A stretch of 51,180 nucleotides of DNA, the filler included, from Basidioascus undulatus (lineage: Eukaryota), in NCBI GenBank assembly GCA_000826855.1. It is 3 parts of 3 records of this genome, joined end to end, with 100 filler letters (N's around TTAATTAATTAA, not from the genome) between each part and the next. Parts side by side here need not be neighbours in the genome. Positions count along the whole stretch, not along the records: positions 1 to 17,005 come from JTLS01000553.1; positions 17,106 to 34,099 come from JTLS01000554.1; 1 more part is not named here. The stretch is one strand, 5' to 3'. Positions within the stretch are counted from its first letter, which is position 1, and every line of letters starts with the position of its first letter. Both the position numbers and the translations under genes were made by a program. The notes under the pieces are model-generated. The model did no database searches, was not told where the DNA came from, and worked only from the letters and a program-made list of their open reading frames with translations. Below are positions 10,910 to 22,309 of the stretch, piece after piece.

Positions 10910-11169
10910 CATGTCCTTGACGAATGCCATGAGCTTCCCCTGCTCGCTGTCCAAGCCTTGCACCGCGCTGTACCGGATGCTCGCTAGCACGCGGAGCACG
11001 CGGAGCGCGCCGAGCGTGACCTATCCGTTGCCCGTCGACCAGGCCCTGTGGTCTTGCCAGCAGCCGGCGTTCAAAATGTGTCCCCATAGCCGGAGGAGAG
11101 CCGCAGCTTGGAACGGTAGACCGAGATCTGGCTGAAAGCGTTGCGCAGGAGCTCGGCGGACGAGGTGAG
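10910..11169 (-). repeat. Inverted near-identical copy of 9465-9716 (GH105-like pseudogene segment)
   Basis: The reverse complement aligns base for base with 9465-9716 apart from a few substitutions, a 1-nt deletion and a 9-nt duplication (GCACGCGGA twice, 10987-11004). It carries the same TAG (11021-11023). Confidence 0.95.
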
Positions 11170-12153
11170 GTCACTGATCAATCACTGATATACATCGCGT
11201 ATTCAATAATGATGCACTCCTGTGAACCTCTGACATCCTCGGACTATTTGCCCCGTGTCGTGTCCCTGGCTAACCTTCAAGTTACTCGGCCACGTTCGCA
11301 GTGCAAGGGACAGCCAGCCAGCTTGCCCGCTCGCCTTCTCTCACCATTCGCCCTCACAGGCTCTGATCAGCTTCGACTCCATTGATCTACCAAGCATCAA
11401 TGCATGCCTCCGTGGACTCAGATTGGATTGTTGAAACAGTGGTCCTGCTTTTCCATGAGAGGAGACCCCTCTATACACCTCTATTGCCGTTGGGCTGTTG
11501 GAGTTTTTCAGTGTGTGGGAAGAAATATCAAGTTGGTCAAATTGGCGGGTTAGGACCGGAAGCCTGAGGGACTCCAGCGTTCGATGCGTAACGGCCGCAG
11601 GAGCTGCCCGAAGGCGCGAGGGGCGGCCGCCCGACCGCGGAAGATCCGGGGTTCAGGCTATGCACATATAGGCGTCGCCTTTCGGCTCAAAAAGATGCAG
11701 GGGGAATGTCGGGAAGTGGGCCGGAACAGGCGGACAAGACGTACTTTCGGTACACAAGTGGGGGGAAGGAAGAAGGGAGGGAGGGGAGGAGAGAAAGGGG
11801 GCGGGGTCGGCGGCGGCGGGTGTGCGAGATAGAGCCCTCTTCAACGGTGCCCCTCGCATACGCGCCCGCGCGGCAGTCCTGCTAGCCAAGTAGGAACCCA
11901 AGGAGTGCGGACTGGAAGCTGGACTTGTCGCTTGCGTCGTCCGAAGCCCAGCCACAACGATCATCGTCAACATCCTGCCGATTCAAATATGATAAATCCC
12001 AAACCACGTCAACTTGTGTAAATGCCGTGGACTAGCCAGCCCGCAAGACGCATGCACGGCTGGCTGCGAGCGCGATTCGCACGCTCGCTCAGTCTTCTCG
12101 CTTGCGCGGGACCATCTTCTCGCCGCCATACTCTCCTGCGCTCTCGCTTGGAC

Positions 12154-13473
12154 ATGTTCAAATTCTCCTTCGAAGTAGACGACGCGGAGGACGGAGGGTC
12201 TAGCCTTTCTCTGAACGTGCGTCTCAACGAATGTCCCGGTGTGCTTGTGGCTGGGCTGACCACGATAGCACGTAGACTGCTCCTGCACCTGCGCCCGAGT
12301 CTAGCGTCCCAAGCGCGCTGCAGCCATGGACTGACATACCTCTACAAGATCTTGTGCGCGCAAATCTTCATTGCTTAGCTCGGTTCCGCTCAAGAGAGCC
12401 CCCTTACCCCACTGCAGATCGACCTCCTGCCGCCCGCGATCTCCTACTCCCCGCTCGCGCTCCCCACCTCCCCGCCTACGACCCTCCCGCGCAGGGACCT
12501 CTTCGACGCGCGCTTCCAGCTCATCAACGACGACGCGGAGGACGAGACGTTCGTCTCGGGCGAGTCGGACCTCATACCCGGGACGTACGAGGGCGGGTTG
12601 AAGAGCTGGGAGTGCGCGGGGGACTTGGTCGGCGTGTTGCAGGGCCTGAAGAGGAGGAAGTGGAGAGGGAGGAAGGTTCTTGAGGTTTGTTCCCCGATCA
12701 GAGAAGGAAGAGGCGGCAGGGAGGAAGAGGAAAGTGGCTGATGGTTTGGGTAGCTCGGATGCGGGACGGCCGTGCCGAGTTTGTGGGTCTTCAAGCGGGT
12801 GCTAGAGGAGGCAGAGGCCGCCGCGGAGCACGGTGACGCTCAAGAGACCGTTCTGCATCTGCAAGACTATAACCGACAAGTGCTCGAGCTGGTGCGTCTC
12901 CCGCGCCAGTTCACCCCTTTTCCCGCATATTCACATTCCCTTACTCACCTCCAGGTCACGCTCCCCAACCTTCTCCTGACTTGGTACCACTACTCCCGCT
13001 CCGCCTCCGCGTTCCACCCTTCCGGCGACCGCACCTCCACTACCGCCCCCCCGCCGTCCTCCGGAGAGCTGGAACTCTCCCCTGCCCTGCTCTCCGCTTT
13101 CCTCTCCACGCTTCCCGACCTTCGCATCACCCTCCTCTTCTCCTCGGGCGCCTGGTCGGGCGCGTCATCCACACTCCCGCCCGCCGACCTCATCCTCACC
13201 TCCGAAACCGTCTATTCACCCGCGTCCCTCCCGTCCCTCGTTCACCTCCTCCACGCCGCCTCACATTCCAACACGGACGCAGGCGAGGAGGAAGAAGGGA
13301 CGCTCGTGCTGGTCGCTGCGAAGGTCCTGTACTTTGGCGTGGGCGGTGGGGTCCGGGAATTTGTGGAGGCGGTACAGGGACAGGGCGGATGGACGCGGGA
13401 AGTGTTCAGCTTGGATAGAGGCGTGGGTAGGAAGGTGCTGCGGGTTGGCTGGGAGGCGGCGACGGGCCGATAG
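12154..13473 (+). CDS. HPM1: Histidine protein methyltransferase, Hpm1/METTL18 family
   Basis: MFKFSF...PAISYSPL...RRDLFDARFQLI...SDLIPGTYEGGLKSWECAGDL...VLE/LGCGTAVPS...LQDYNRQVLEL/VTLPN...GAWS...DLILTSETVYS...LVAAKVLYFGVGGGV covers all the family motifs. Confidence 0.88.
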
Positions 13474-15499
13474 ACTGTGTACGTTGTGCTCATTTGCTTA
13501 GCTGACGAATACGGAAGCGATTACATAGCGGAATTGGCCGGATATTGCTGCTGGTCAAGTCACTCGTGGCCGCTGGCCGAAGGGAAGATTCTCGCTGTCT
13601 GGTCACACTTACATCCTGACGAGCCCGACCTGTAACATGATTACAGAAGCCGCCCATGCTGGCTATTTGATGCATCGCTTTTTTTGTGGAATAAAAGGAA
13701 GGCAGGATTCAAGCAATGCATGCCTGATTGACGGTTATCACTGCCGTCGGCAGCCTGTTCCGTTCGACTTTTGGAAGCATTGTGTCATTGCCATCCGTAG
13801 ATGATGAGATATTGGTGTTGTCGGAAAAGTGTTGAAAACCTACAATAACTTGTTTTGCCTGCTGTATGCTGTTCTGCACCGATTGGCTGAGGGCGAATTT
13901 GCAGAAGCTGTGCCGTAGAGCCGGCTGGGACGACCAGATGCTACACTAGGATTTCCACACGCTCGCAGCACATGACTCATAAGCACAGCACTAGCTGGGT
14001 TCCATATCCCAGAGAAGCTGCATCAGTTGCAGACTCCGGAAAGAATGGTACTCGTAGGCCCACAGTCGCGCAGCGCCCATGCCCCTTAAAACGTCGGCAG
14101 CCCAAATTCCATTCTCTCCCCGCCGCTGTACCCTCCTACTGCATCCACTCCGCCACTGTGGAAAGCTCCACAACTCTCTTCGGCTTCCCCTGCTCCACTC
14201 CCTCGGTTTTCAACAGCGGCATCGTGTGCTTTACGGTCCATGCCCATTCAGGCACCGACGACAGCAGCAGGCAGTAAGGGAGCGCTTCGACCTGCGAGCG
14301 GAGTTCGACGAGCCTCAGCGTGCACTCAACCTCATTCCTGAAACTTGGAGGTCAGAGATGTTCATACCCTCCAGCCGTCTGACCGAGCCCGGCAGCGCGT
14401 GGATGAGACGGGTTGCCGAACGTGCAAGTGACTGAACTTGTGAAACAGGGGATGGTGTAACGAACGGTAAGCCCAGGAGAACCAGTCCAGGTCGGCTTTC
14501 GATTCGACACTCATGTGGGAGCGCAAGGGCGGTCGTTTCCCGGAATGCAGCACTCTGGTCGCTCATGCAGGTACTTATGAAAGACCTCATCGTGGAAGAG
14601 CACCAGCGTTTTCTCATCCCAGATTGTGATCGAGGAGTACAGCCGATGTGTAGCGAGGGCGTGCCAGATCTTGTTGACCCTCACTACCGAAGCAAAGCCC
14701 GAGCTGGGAGGTAGGCTATGATCGATCTCGTCCAGCAGCTCGGGGATGCTATGCGAAAGGCGCGGATCCGAGCATTGAGAGCTGTGGAATGTTGAGCCCG
14801 AGGTCTAGCGATCGAAATGCTGCAAGAGTACCCGCACATTCCCCTGAAACGCGCCCCGTTCTCGCTCGTCCCACTCCTGTCCTCGACCTCCAGCTCCTTC
14901 ATGCTGTCCTGATGATCATCCCAAAACTCGCCCACCGACCCGCCGGACAAGTCCTCGAACACCCTCTCGTTTCAGTCGTCCTTCATCGACCGGTTGAGCT
15001 GCGGCACAAAGAGAGCGTGGTGCTTCTAGCCGAAGAAGAAGGCTGTGGTCCTGTCCAAAACAAGGACCCCAGCTCAAGCGTCAACGCGCTCTGGATACTC
15101 CGGAAAAGAGGGTGCGGGGTCTGTCTCAAAATTAAGCTGGGACTTTGAAGAGCTTCTTCACTGACTATACGGGCTTGGGGGTCCCCGTCCGCGTGGCTGA
15201 TGGCGCGAAGCAGAAATGCGAACGTAAGCATGCGTTGAAGCTGGCCATTGAAGGGCAAGGGCAGGGCAGCAACGAGAGGCAGAAACATCGAACCCATATT
15301 GAATCTCAGCAAGCAAGCCTTTAGAAAAAGTACGCCAGAGCACGGCCGCACCGCCCAGGACCTGTCTAGGTCGCACATACTCCGGAACCCCTTCCAGCAG
15401 CTCATCCTCTCCCCCGCACGCACATCCCACGCACTCCAGCTCCGACCGCACGCAAGAGAACAAGATCACACCACACGTACGCAAGCATGCGTGCATGCA

Positions 15500-16960
15500 T
15501 CATATCCGCAGCGCCAGCACAGCCTGGACTTCGGCGTTCGTGAGCCTCCAGCTCTGGCTCGCCGGCTCGTCGTTCTGTCCCCCACCGTCCGCCCGTCTTC
15601 CTCACGCATCAGTTCCCAAAACCAAATGGGGAGGAAGGAAAGAGAGGGGAAAGAAAGAGGGGGAAAGGGAAGACGCACGCTATCGTTCAAGACCGCCGCG
15701 ATCTGGCGTAGGCGCGAGAAGTGCTCGCGCACGCCGAAGGACGTCTGCGACGACAGATGCGCCGCCGCGGCGCGGACGTCGCGGTCGAGGCGGATCGCGC
15801 CGAGCTGTTCATTAAGCCGTAGATGATCAGGATCGATGGGGAGGGAGCGGGCGAAGATGGATGGGAGAAGACGCACGTCCGTGAACCGCATGGAGAGGAC
15901 CATCTTCTCCCACAGCCTGACGAGCACGTCGACTGTCATGCTAAAGAACGCCTCAAAGTTCGGTTCCGTCAACGACTCCTACCCGCAGCCGCGCTCACCC
16001 AGTATCAGCCCCTTCTCAGCCCCTTCCCTCCCCCTTTCCCCTGTTCCCTCTGCTCGCACCTTGTACCCCTCCATCACGCTCCCCCACCCGAGCACGAATC
16101 TCTTCCGGAAAAAGTCGTGCGCCTCCGCGTCCGCGAACGCGTCCTCATCGAGCGCGTACGAGAGCGAGGCGTAGCTATCGGTGAGGAGCGCGCGCAGCCG
16201 CGGGCGCACGAGCTGGTTGAAGAGGTTGTCGAGGCCGTGCTGTTTATACCCCAGTCGGCCGACCAGCCACGCCAACGACTTCAGTCCCTTACCTTCCCGA
16301 AGACTAAACGGTGGAAAGTAACGAAGGAAGGGAAAAAGAAAAGAGGGTGGGAAGGAGGGAGGAAGAGAAGGTGGAATGGGATGTGGGTGGGACATGAACG
16401 GACCTTGACCATCACCCTAAACTTGTCCGTCGTGCCCCTCAGCTCGCCGAGCGCGTCCGCCGCGCGCGCGACGTCCGCAGGCGCGAACGCCTGCGCGAGC
16501 GTCTCGGGCGCGAGGAACGTCGCGAGCAGGCGCTCGTGGTACTCGGCCGAGAGGTCGAGGTCGTTCAGGTAGATCTGTGCGCCTCCCAAGTTGTCAATCC
16601 TCTTGCTGGCGCGAGACGACAGTGGAAGACGGCGGAAAGGATAAAGAGGCGGGAAAAGCAAACGCACGATATACCTCCCCCTCCCCTCCCTCTCCCTCTC
16701 CCTCTCCTTCCCTCCTCCCCCTGCACCACCAACCCCTCCTCCCGCACCCGTGCCTCCCCGTCCCACGCCCGCCTCCCCCCACACAGCATCCATCTTCCTT
16801 CCCACCCCCGCCGCGTACTCCCGCTCCAGCACGTCCCGCAGGGCCTTCACCACGCGCCCCAGCAGTGCTGCGTCGGACGCCCCGGTGGACACGAGGCGCG
16901 CGAGCACTTTTTTTAGCACGTAGAAGACGTCGTCGAGGAGGGAGGAGGTCGGGGGGGAGG
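15500..16960 (-). CDS. COG4: Conserved oligomeric Golgi complex subunit 4, 3' part (5' cut by contig end)
   Basis: TSSLLDDVFYVLKKVL...IYLNDLDLSAEYHERL...GLDNLFNQLVRPRLRALL...YALDEDAF...MRFT...LGAIRLDRDVRA...QTSFGVREHFSRLRQI...WRLTNAEVQAVLALRI*, typical of the Cog4 C-terminus. Confidence 0.88.
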
Positions 16961-17005
16961 AGGGGTGGTGAGATGGAGGAGGAGGATGGAGATGGCGGAA
17001 AAGTG

Positions 17006-17105
17006 NNNNNNNNNNNNNNNNNNNNNNNNNNNNNNNNNNNNNNNNNNNNTTAATTAATTAANNNNNNNNNNNNNNNNNNNNNNNNNNNNNNNNNNNNNNN
17101 NNNNN
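17006..17105. other. Artificial contig spacer (44 N + TTAATTAATTAA + 44 N)
   Basis: A six-frame stop linker centred in Ns. The flanking sequences should not be assumed to be adjacent in the genome. Confidence 0.98.
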
Positions 17106-17691
17106 CTGTGGCGAGGACATGCAGTGCGCGCCGGCGCGCGAGGGCCGAGCATACGCTCGCGAAGCGCAGGCCTAATATTGGGGAGGTGCTGGAAGTGGGA
17201 GGTGAGAAACGCGAAGCAGAGCATTCAGTCACCATTCAGCGACGGCCTCTCCATCGACCTAGGTGGTGATTGTAGCGGATGTTACGACTTGCGCCATGCC
17301 TCCTGTCTTGAGTTTTTCTTTTCGTGCAATTCACCTTGGGATTTGATAATCTAGAGGATTTTCCCTTCCACCGAAGTTAGTCGTGTGCGTAGGAGGCAGT
17401 CGACTTCAATGAGAGGAAAAGACCTGCTGCCTCTAGCGCTGCATGCACGTCGTCAAAAGGCACAATCGTATCGTGCACTCGGACCCATGGAATGATGGTT
17501 GATTTTTGATTTTGTGGGGAGAGCAGGCATGCATATTTATGCTACCTTCGTTGAACCTCTAGTCCCTGAACACAGTACAGTCGCCCCAGGCTGTCATTGT
17601 TCAACGTTCCATGCATTGCGACGGTCGAGGATGTATCCCAAAACGACACACCCAAGAATTCCAATCTCGCCATATACGGCTAAGCACGAAC

Positions 17692-18340
17692 TCAACGACG
17701 CCGATGACGGTGTCCATGAAAACCGTCTCCCGCAGTTCGCAAGAGGTCTAGCAAATACGCGTCCTCCGCGCTGTACGCCGACGCAAGCGTAGCGTTCTTT
17801 GGCGGGAAGAGGATCTCGTCTGTCGCGCAAACGAGACCGTTCCTGGGCAATTCGCCGTGGAGGAAGTAGCTGCAGCGAGGTGAGCAGATGAGACTCATTA
17901 CGCGTCGCTGTAATAATAGAAAGAAAGAGCTTACTTGCGCATAGCGCGGCCGGTGCACAACGACGCCATGGCGAGGGAGCAGTGACCGTACCCATCCTGT
18001 ATGATGAGACGAGACGAGTTGCCGAGCATTCCGTTGACCGCCTTAGCACTGCAGATCCAAACGTAGACGTCAGATTTGTCGCGCTACCGCAAGTCGTCGT
18101 CAGCGCCATGCAGCAAGGGAAGACGTACTTGATGAGCGGCGTCACGGGATCCGCAGTGTTTCCGATGATGAGGATGGGCGCATTCAGCGTGTGATTGAAA
18201 GGGCCTGCGAAGCGTTCCTTGCTCTTGCCCTTCCACGTCGCGCACGCTCCTCCCCACTCGAGCGACCCAAACCGCCTCGAAAGCTTCTGCGTGTACTCGA
18301 CAAGGCGGCCCACGAGGTAGTCTATGCTCGGCGTGCTTGG
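17692..18340 (-). pseudogene. 3' half of a TAP-like (peptidase S33, Abhydrolase_4 C-terminal domain) alpha/beta hydrolase; no 5' half found
   Basis: CATWKGKSKERFAGPFNHTLNAPILIIGNTADPVTPLI/AKAVNGMLGNSSRLIIQDGYGHCSLAMASLCTGRAMR/YFLHGELPRNGLVCATDEILFP contains the Asp (DPVTP) and His (GHCS) motifs. Upstream sequence shows no G-x-S-Y-G exon before the CBS gene. Confidence 0.7.
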
Positions 18341-19457
18341 GCTGCGAAGAGACATAGACGGCATATAGTGAGAATGACTTTGACCTTTGAGCAAAACCCA
18401 ATGAAGGTCTCTCATTTCAGAAGGCTACTTGACGCTGGACTGTACGGGCCCTAGGGAAGTGAGCATGGGGGTGTTGCAAGCCTAAGCGATAGCGCCAACA
18501 CACCGTTAAGCGAAATCCATCAAATTTGTTTACTCAGAAGTGTAGATCCTCCATCAAACTGGATCGCTGATGGAGTGGATTGAAGGTTCGTGTTTGAGCG
18601 TCCAAAGCAGTTCTGCATGGGCAGGGACTCCTTAGGATGCCACGCTGAAATTTCACATGGATCAGTGGTGACCATGGTCCCTCCCCTACTATTCTCCAAA
18701 GCGGCCTGTCGGATTGCTTCAGTAGGAAGATGACGATATGGAATCACGGACGGGAAAGAGGGTGGCTGCCCAACCATTGTGCCGCCAGTGAAAAAAATCA
18801 GAATCTGATTCTCATTACCAGCATCAAAGCGTGGAGACAAGACAAGACTCCGCACTTGCCCCGCCTTAGCCCTCTCAAGACTCCACAACGGCACCCTAGT
18901 TGCAAGGAAATCCAAATGTGGCTAATCTGTTGGAGTTCCACATGCATCTCCAAAACTTGTGACTTCAGAAGCTTGGAACAGGGCCGTCGTTTCTTGACCG
19001 TGCAACGGCATGTCCAGTTCGCGGCGTGCCGTCGGACTCTCCTTGATGATGAACCGCTTGCGACTGAAGTGGTACCACAGTCTGGTGATAACGCTGCGCC
19101 GCTTGGAGAAATCAATTGAAAAAAATTTGGCATTGCAGGAGCTCCGCAAAACTAAGATGTCAAATACAGCCAACCGGACGAATATCGAGAAAACAATATG
19201 CACTTTCGATGGCGACCAAGACTGCTTGAAGGCAGTTAGATTCAGTTTTTCGTTAATTGCAAGGCCCAGGATCAAAGCCGGCCCTGTTGAAGCAACAAAC
19301 TGGACCGCGAGAACCGTATGATTTGCGCGATCAGGGTTTGTAGAGCGCCAAAAACAATTTATCACCGGGTCTGTTGCGTATATCTGCCAGCTCAACGGAG
19401 GCGGACTGTCCGCTGCTGTTCTGGCCAGCTTTCTCCGATCTCCATCAATCCAAGTAT

Positions 19458-20286
19458 TCAGCTCGCCCCCGCACCGCTGGCCCCCGCCGTGCCTCCTCGC
19501 CGAGACACGAACGTCTCGAGGTCCGGCAAGGTGGCGACGCCGAGGACGAAGCATCTTGAGTGGTCCGTAACTGTATCGATTTTCATCATCCATCACCCTC
19601 ATTAGAATGAATAACACTCGGTATGTTGTCAGTCCCGGCATGATCGTACCGATCGCGAACAGGTTTTCCTGCAGGAACGCTGTGACAAGATGAACGGGTC
19701 AGGCATGAGCGGAGAGGCTGGACGGTCCATGGTGGAGAACGGACCTTCCAACTCCTCCAGCGGTGTATCCGGCGTGATCAACTGGTACGGCTTCTCCTTG
19801 CTCCGAACGAACTTGGTCGTCCACGCCGAGACCGGATCATCCTGCGCATCGGACCCTCGCCCCCCGCTCAGCCTCCCTGTGTCCCTACCCATTGCCAGTA
19901 TATGCCCAAACACGCACATCTTTCGCCTCCCCCGCCTCAAAGCGTCGCTGTAGCTTCGGCACTTCAATGTATCCCAGCACGCGCCGGTCGTCGCCTAGGA
20001 CACTATCGCGTGCCGGCGTCGGATGAGCCGTGCGGGGGACGAGGAAGGAGCGAAGAGCGGGATTATGAAGGCAAGCGCGTACGGGACCTGAGAAAATTCG
20101 CGCTCGAATGCGGCTTCGAGGACGCGGGATATGGGCGCGTTGACGGGGACGGTAAACGCGGGGGGCAGTTGGAGGTCCTGAGCGGCCGTCAGCCGTATTC
20201 CTGGAGATGAACGACGTGGAAGAAAGGAATGAAGTACGCACTTCGACAACCGCGCCTCTGTAAATTGCTGCTCTGGAAGTACTCAT
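19458..20286 (-). CDS. Small fungal CBS-domain protein
   Basis: Spliced MSTSRAAIYRGAVVE/DLQLPPAFTVPVNAPISRVLEAAFEREFSQ...RRVLGYIEVPKL...KPYQLITPDTPLEELE/AFLQENLFAI/VTDHSRCFVLGVATLPDLETFVSRRG...*. Confidence 0.82.
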
Positions 20287-22309
20287 CGTGGTTATGGAGG
20301 AGAGGACGAAGCGAAGCACATTCCCATGACAGGACGTCCATGCGGGCCGCTATCGCCGCTCGCTGTCACGTGTAACTTGGGGCAGTGCGACTTTCAACAG
20401 TACTTGAAGCTGGAACCTTTGCAGCTTTTCCAAACACATTGCATTACAGATGTGAAGATCGACGCCGTGGGGTCTAAATTTACCAACAGAGGCTGGAGTG
20501 TACGACGGTCCTTTCACTGCCAATTGCAATCACCACTCTCAAGGATAGCTCTGCACCGTCCAAGGGACCTTTAAGACCCAAGAATCCTTCTATATTCTGA
20601 ATGAGCATTACGGTGTCAAACTATGCACACTACAGTCCCTCAACCGCCCAAGCCTGCGCAATCTCCCCGGAGTCTGGACTAAGCGGAAGGCCCATGTGGC
20701 GTGTGGATGCAAGGGATAGAAACTCAGTAGCATTTGAATTCGGGGTGTTCAGTGCACGCCGATTCCGGCAAAGCGCCCGGGGGAAGAACGATGGGCTGTG
20801 GCGCGGCAAAAGCGATACCGCAGAGAGCAGCGACGGCTAGAACGGTAAGATGGAACCGCATTTTCTGCTGAGACTGAGGAGTGGAACGCAATGGTAAACG
20901 AGTGGGATGGGAGAGGAAATCGGTCGCGACGGAGGACCGAGCAGCTGTTGCGCACTTGTTTGGGTGTAAGTTACAAGGGAGTCAAGCGGGAAGAGGAGAG
21001 GTCGAAGAGGAGCGAGCGGCTGAAGATAGCTGTCTTTCATGGTTTCGATACGGTGGGGGCGCGGTGCTACATGTATCGCATGCTGCTAGCGTGTGCCACA
21101 CCGGTAGGTTGTACTTTGTTTCTACCGCTACGTATACGGGACGCATGCGCCCGCTCACTTACAGCCATCGGAGCACTTAACATCCCGATCGTCACTATGT
21201 AGAGGTAGAAATTGGGAGGGAAAAGGTCATCGATTCTCGGTCTGAAAGCGTTCGCCGCTGGGGATGCTCGTAGGCGCATGTTCAAGCACGGGCATCGGAG
21301 GCCTAGAGCGACTCAGAAACCATGCCTCGCTGCAATTTTTATTGCTGCCCACATGCGGCGTTTACCGTCAGGCCGGAACAGACGCAATACGGAACACCTC
21401 CTGATACCGCCATCGGAAAGCACTTACGGCTCAGAGACCGGCAGTGGCTGCTTTGCGTGGGACTGCATGAATGTCGGTAGCACTGGAGATACACTCTACA
21501 GTAGCTACCGCGTACAAGGAGTATAGGAAGCTAAGATTATGAAAACTACAAGTCACCACGAAACGCAGCCAACGGCTGGCTACGGCTGGATTGTGATTAG
21601 CGTTTAGAGGGAGGGCAGACGGTCAATCTCATCGAGATAAGATACCAGGATATGGTGATCATGGAAAGCAGCAAGTGTTCGTGTCGCAATGAGGAATTGC
21701 GAATGCTGGACGCAGAAACCGGGCCGGCGAGGAAGATTGTGCCAATGGCCCACCCTAGACTTTCCCAAAGAAAGAGCGAAGTATCTTATACGCATATAAT
21801 AAATATGGGAGCGAGCATAACACAGGATGCATGTTTTCCTTTCTCTGGACTTCTGCACCAGCCATAGCCTCAGTGGCGGAGGACAACCGACGACCGGCAC
21901 GATGACCAGACGTTCGACTGCATGCCTATACATACAACCATCCCATGGATATCAGAGCTTTATATTTACTATTGTCAGGATGCACCCCAGAGAATTTCTG
22001 TGTCGATGTCGTAGCGCCTGAGATGGGACCGGGAAACGTCGAGCTTAGCAACAAGCTTGAAAGTTCGCCTCTTCTTCCTTACCTTCGCTACCCCCATATC
22101 AATTTACCTTGTACTGTTATTAAACAGGTCACAGGATGGGTCAGATATCCCTTCCATTGCCCTATGATGCTTCAGCTGTCCGAGAACTTCGGAGCGTCTG
22201 GCCCGCTGTACCCGTCCGTACATAACAAGGAGACTTACTCAACCCATCTCTCTTCTCACCCTCATTAATCCCAAGATCCCAAAAACGACCTCAAGAGCTC
22301 CCAAATATC

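Noticed and set aside
13801..13891. Possible box C/D snoRNA (ATGATGA ... CTGA about 90 nt apart)
   Set aside because: No convincing terminal stem, C'/D' boxes or rRNA guide of 10 nt or more could be identified by eye; it would need snoscan or Infernal.
13970..15420. Coding-like minus-strand stretches with scattered stops (e.g. VFEDLSGGSVGEFWDDHQDSMKELEV)
   Set aside because: Probably a decayed gene, but no family is recognisable and no consistent exon chain was found.
18798..19330. WTCRC...PCSKL as a SWIM zinc finger of a MULE transposase
   Set aside because: It lacks the final His ligand, and there is no DDE domain or terminal inverted repeat nearby.
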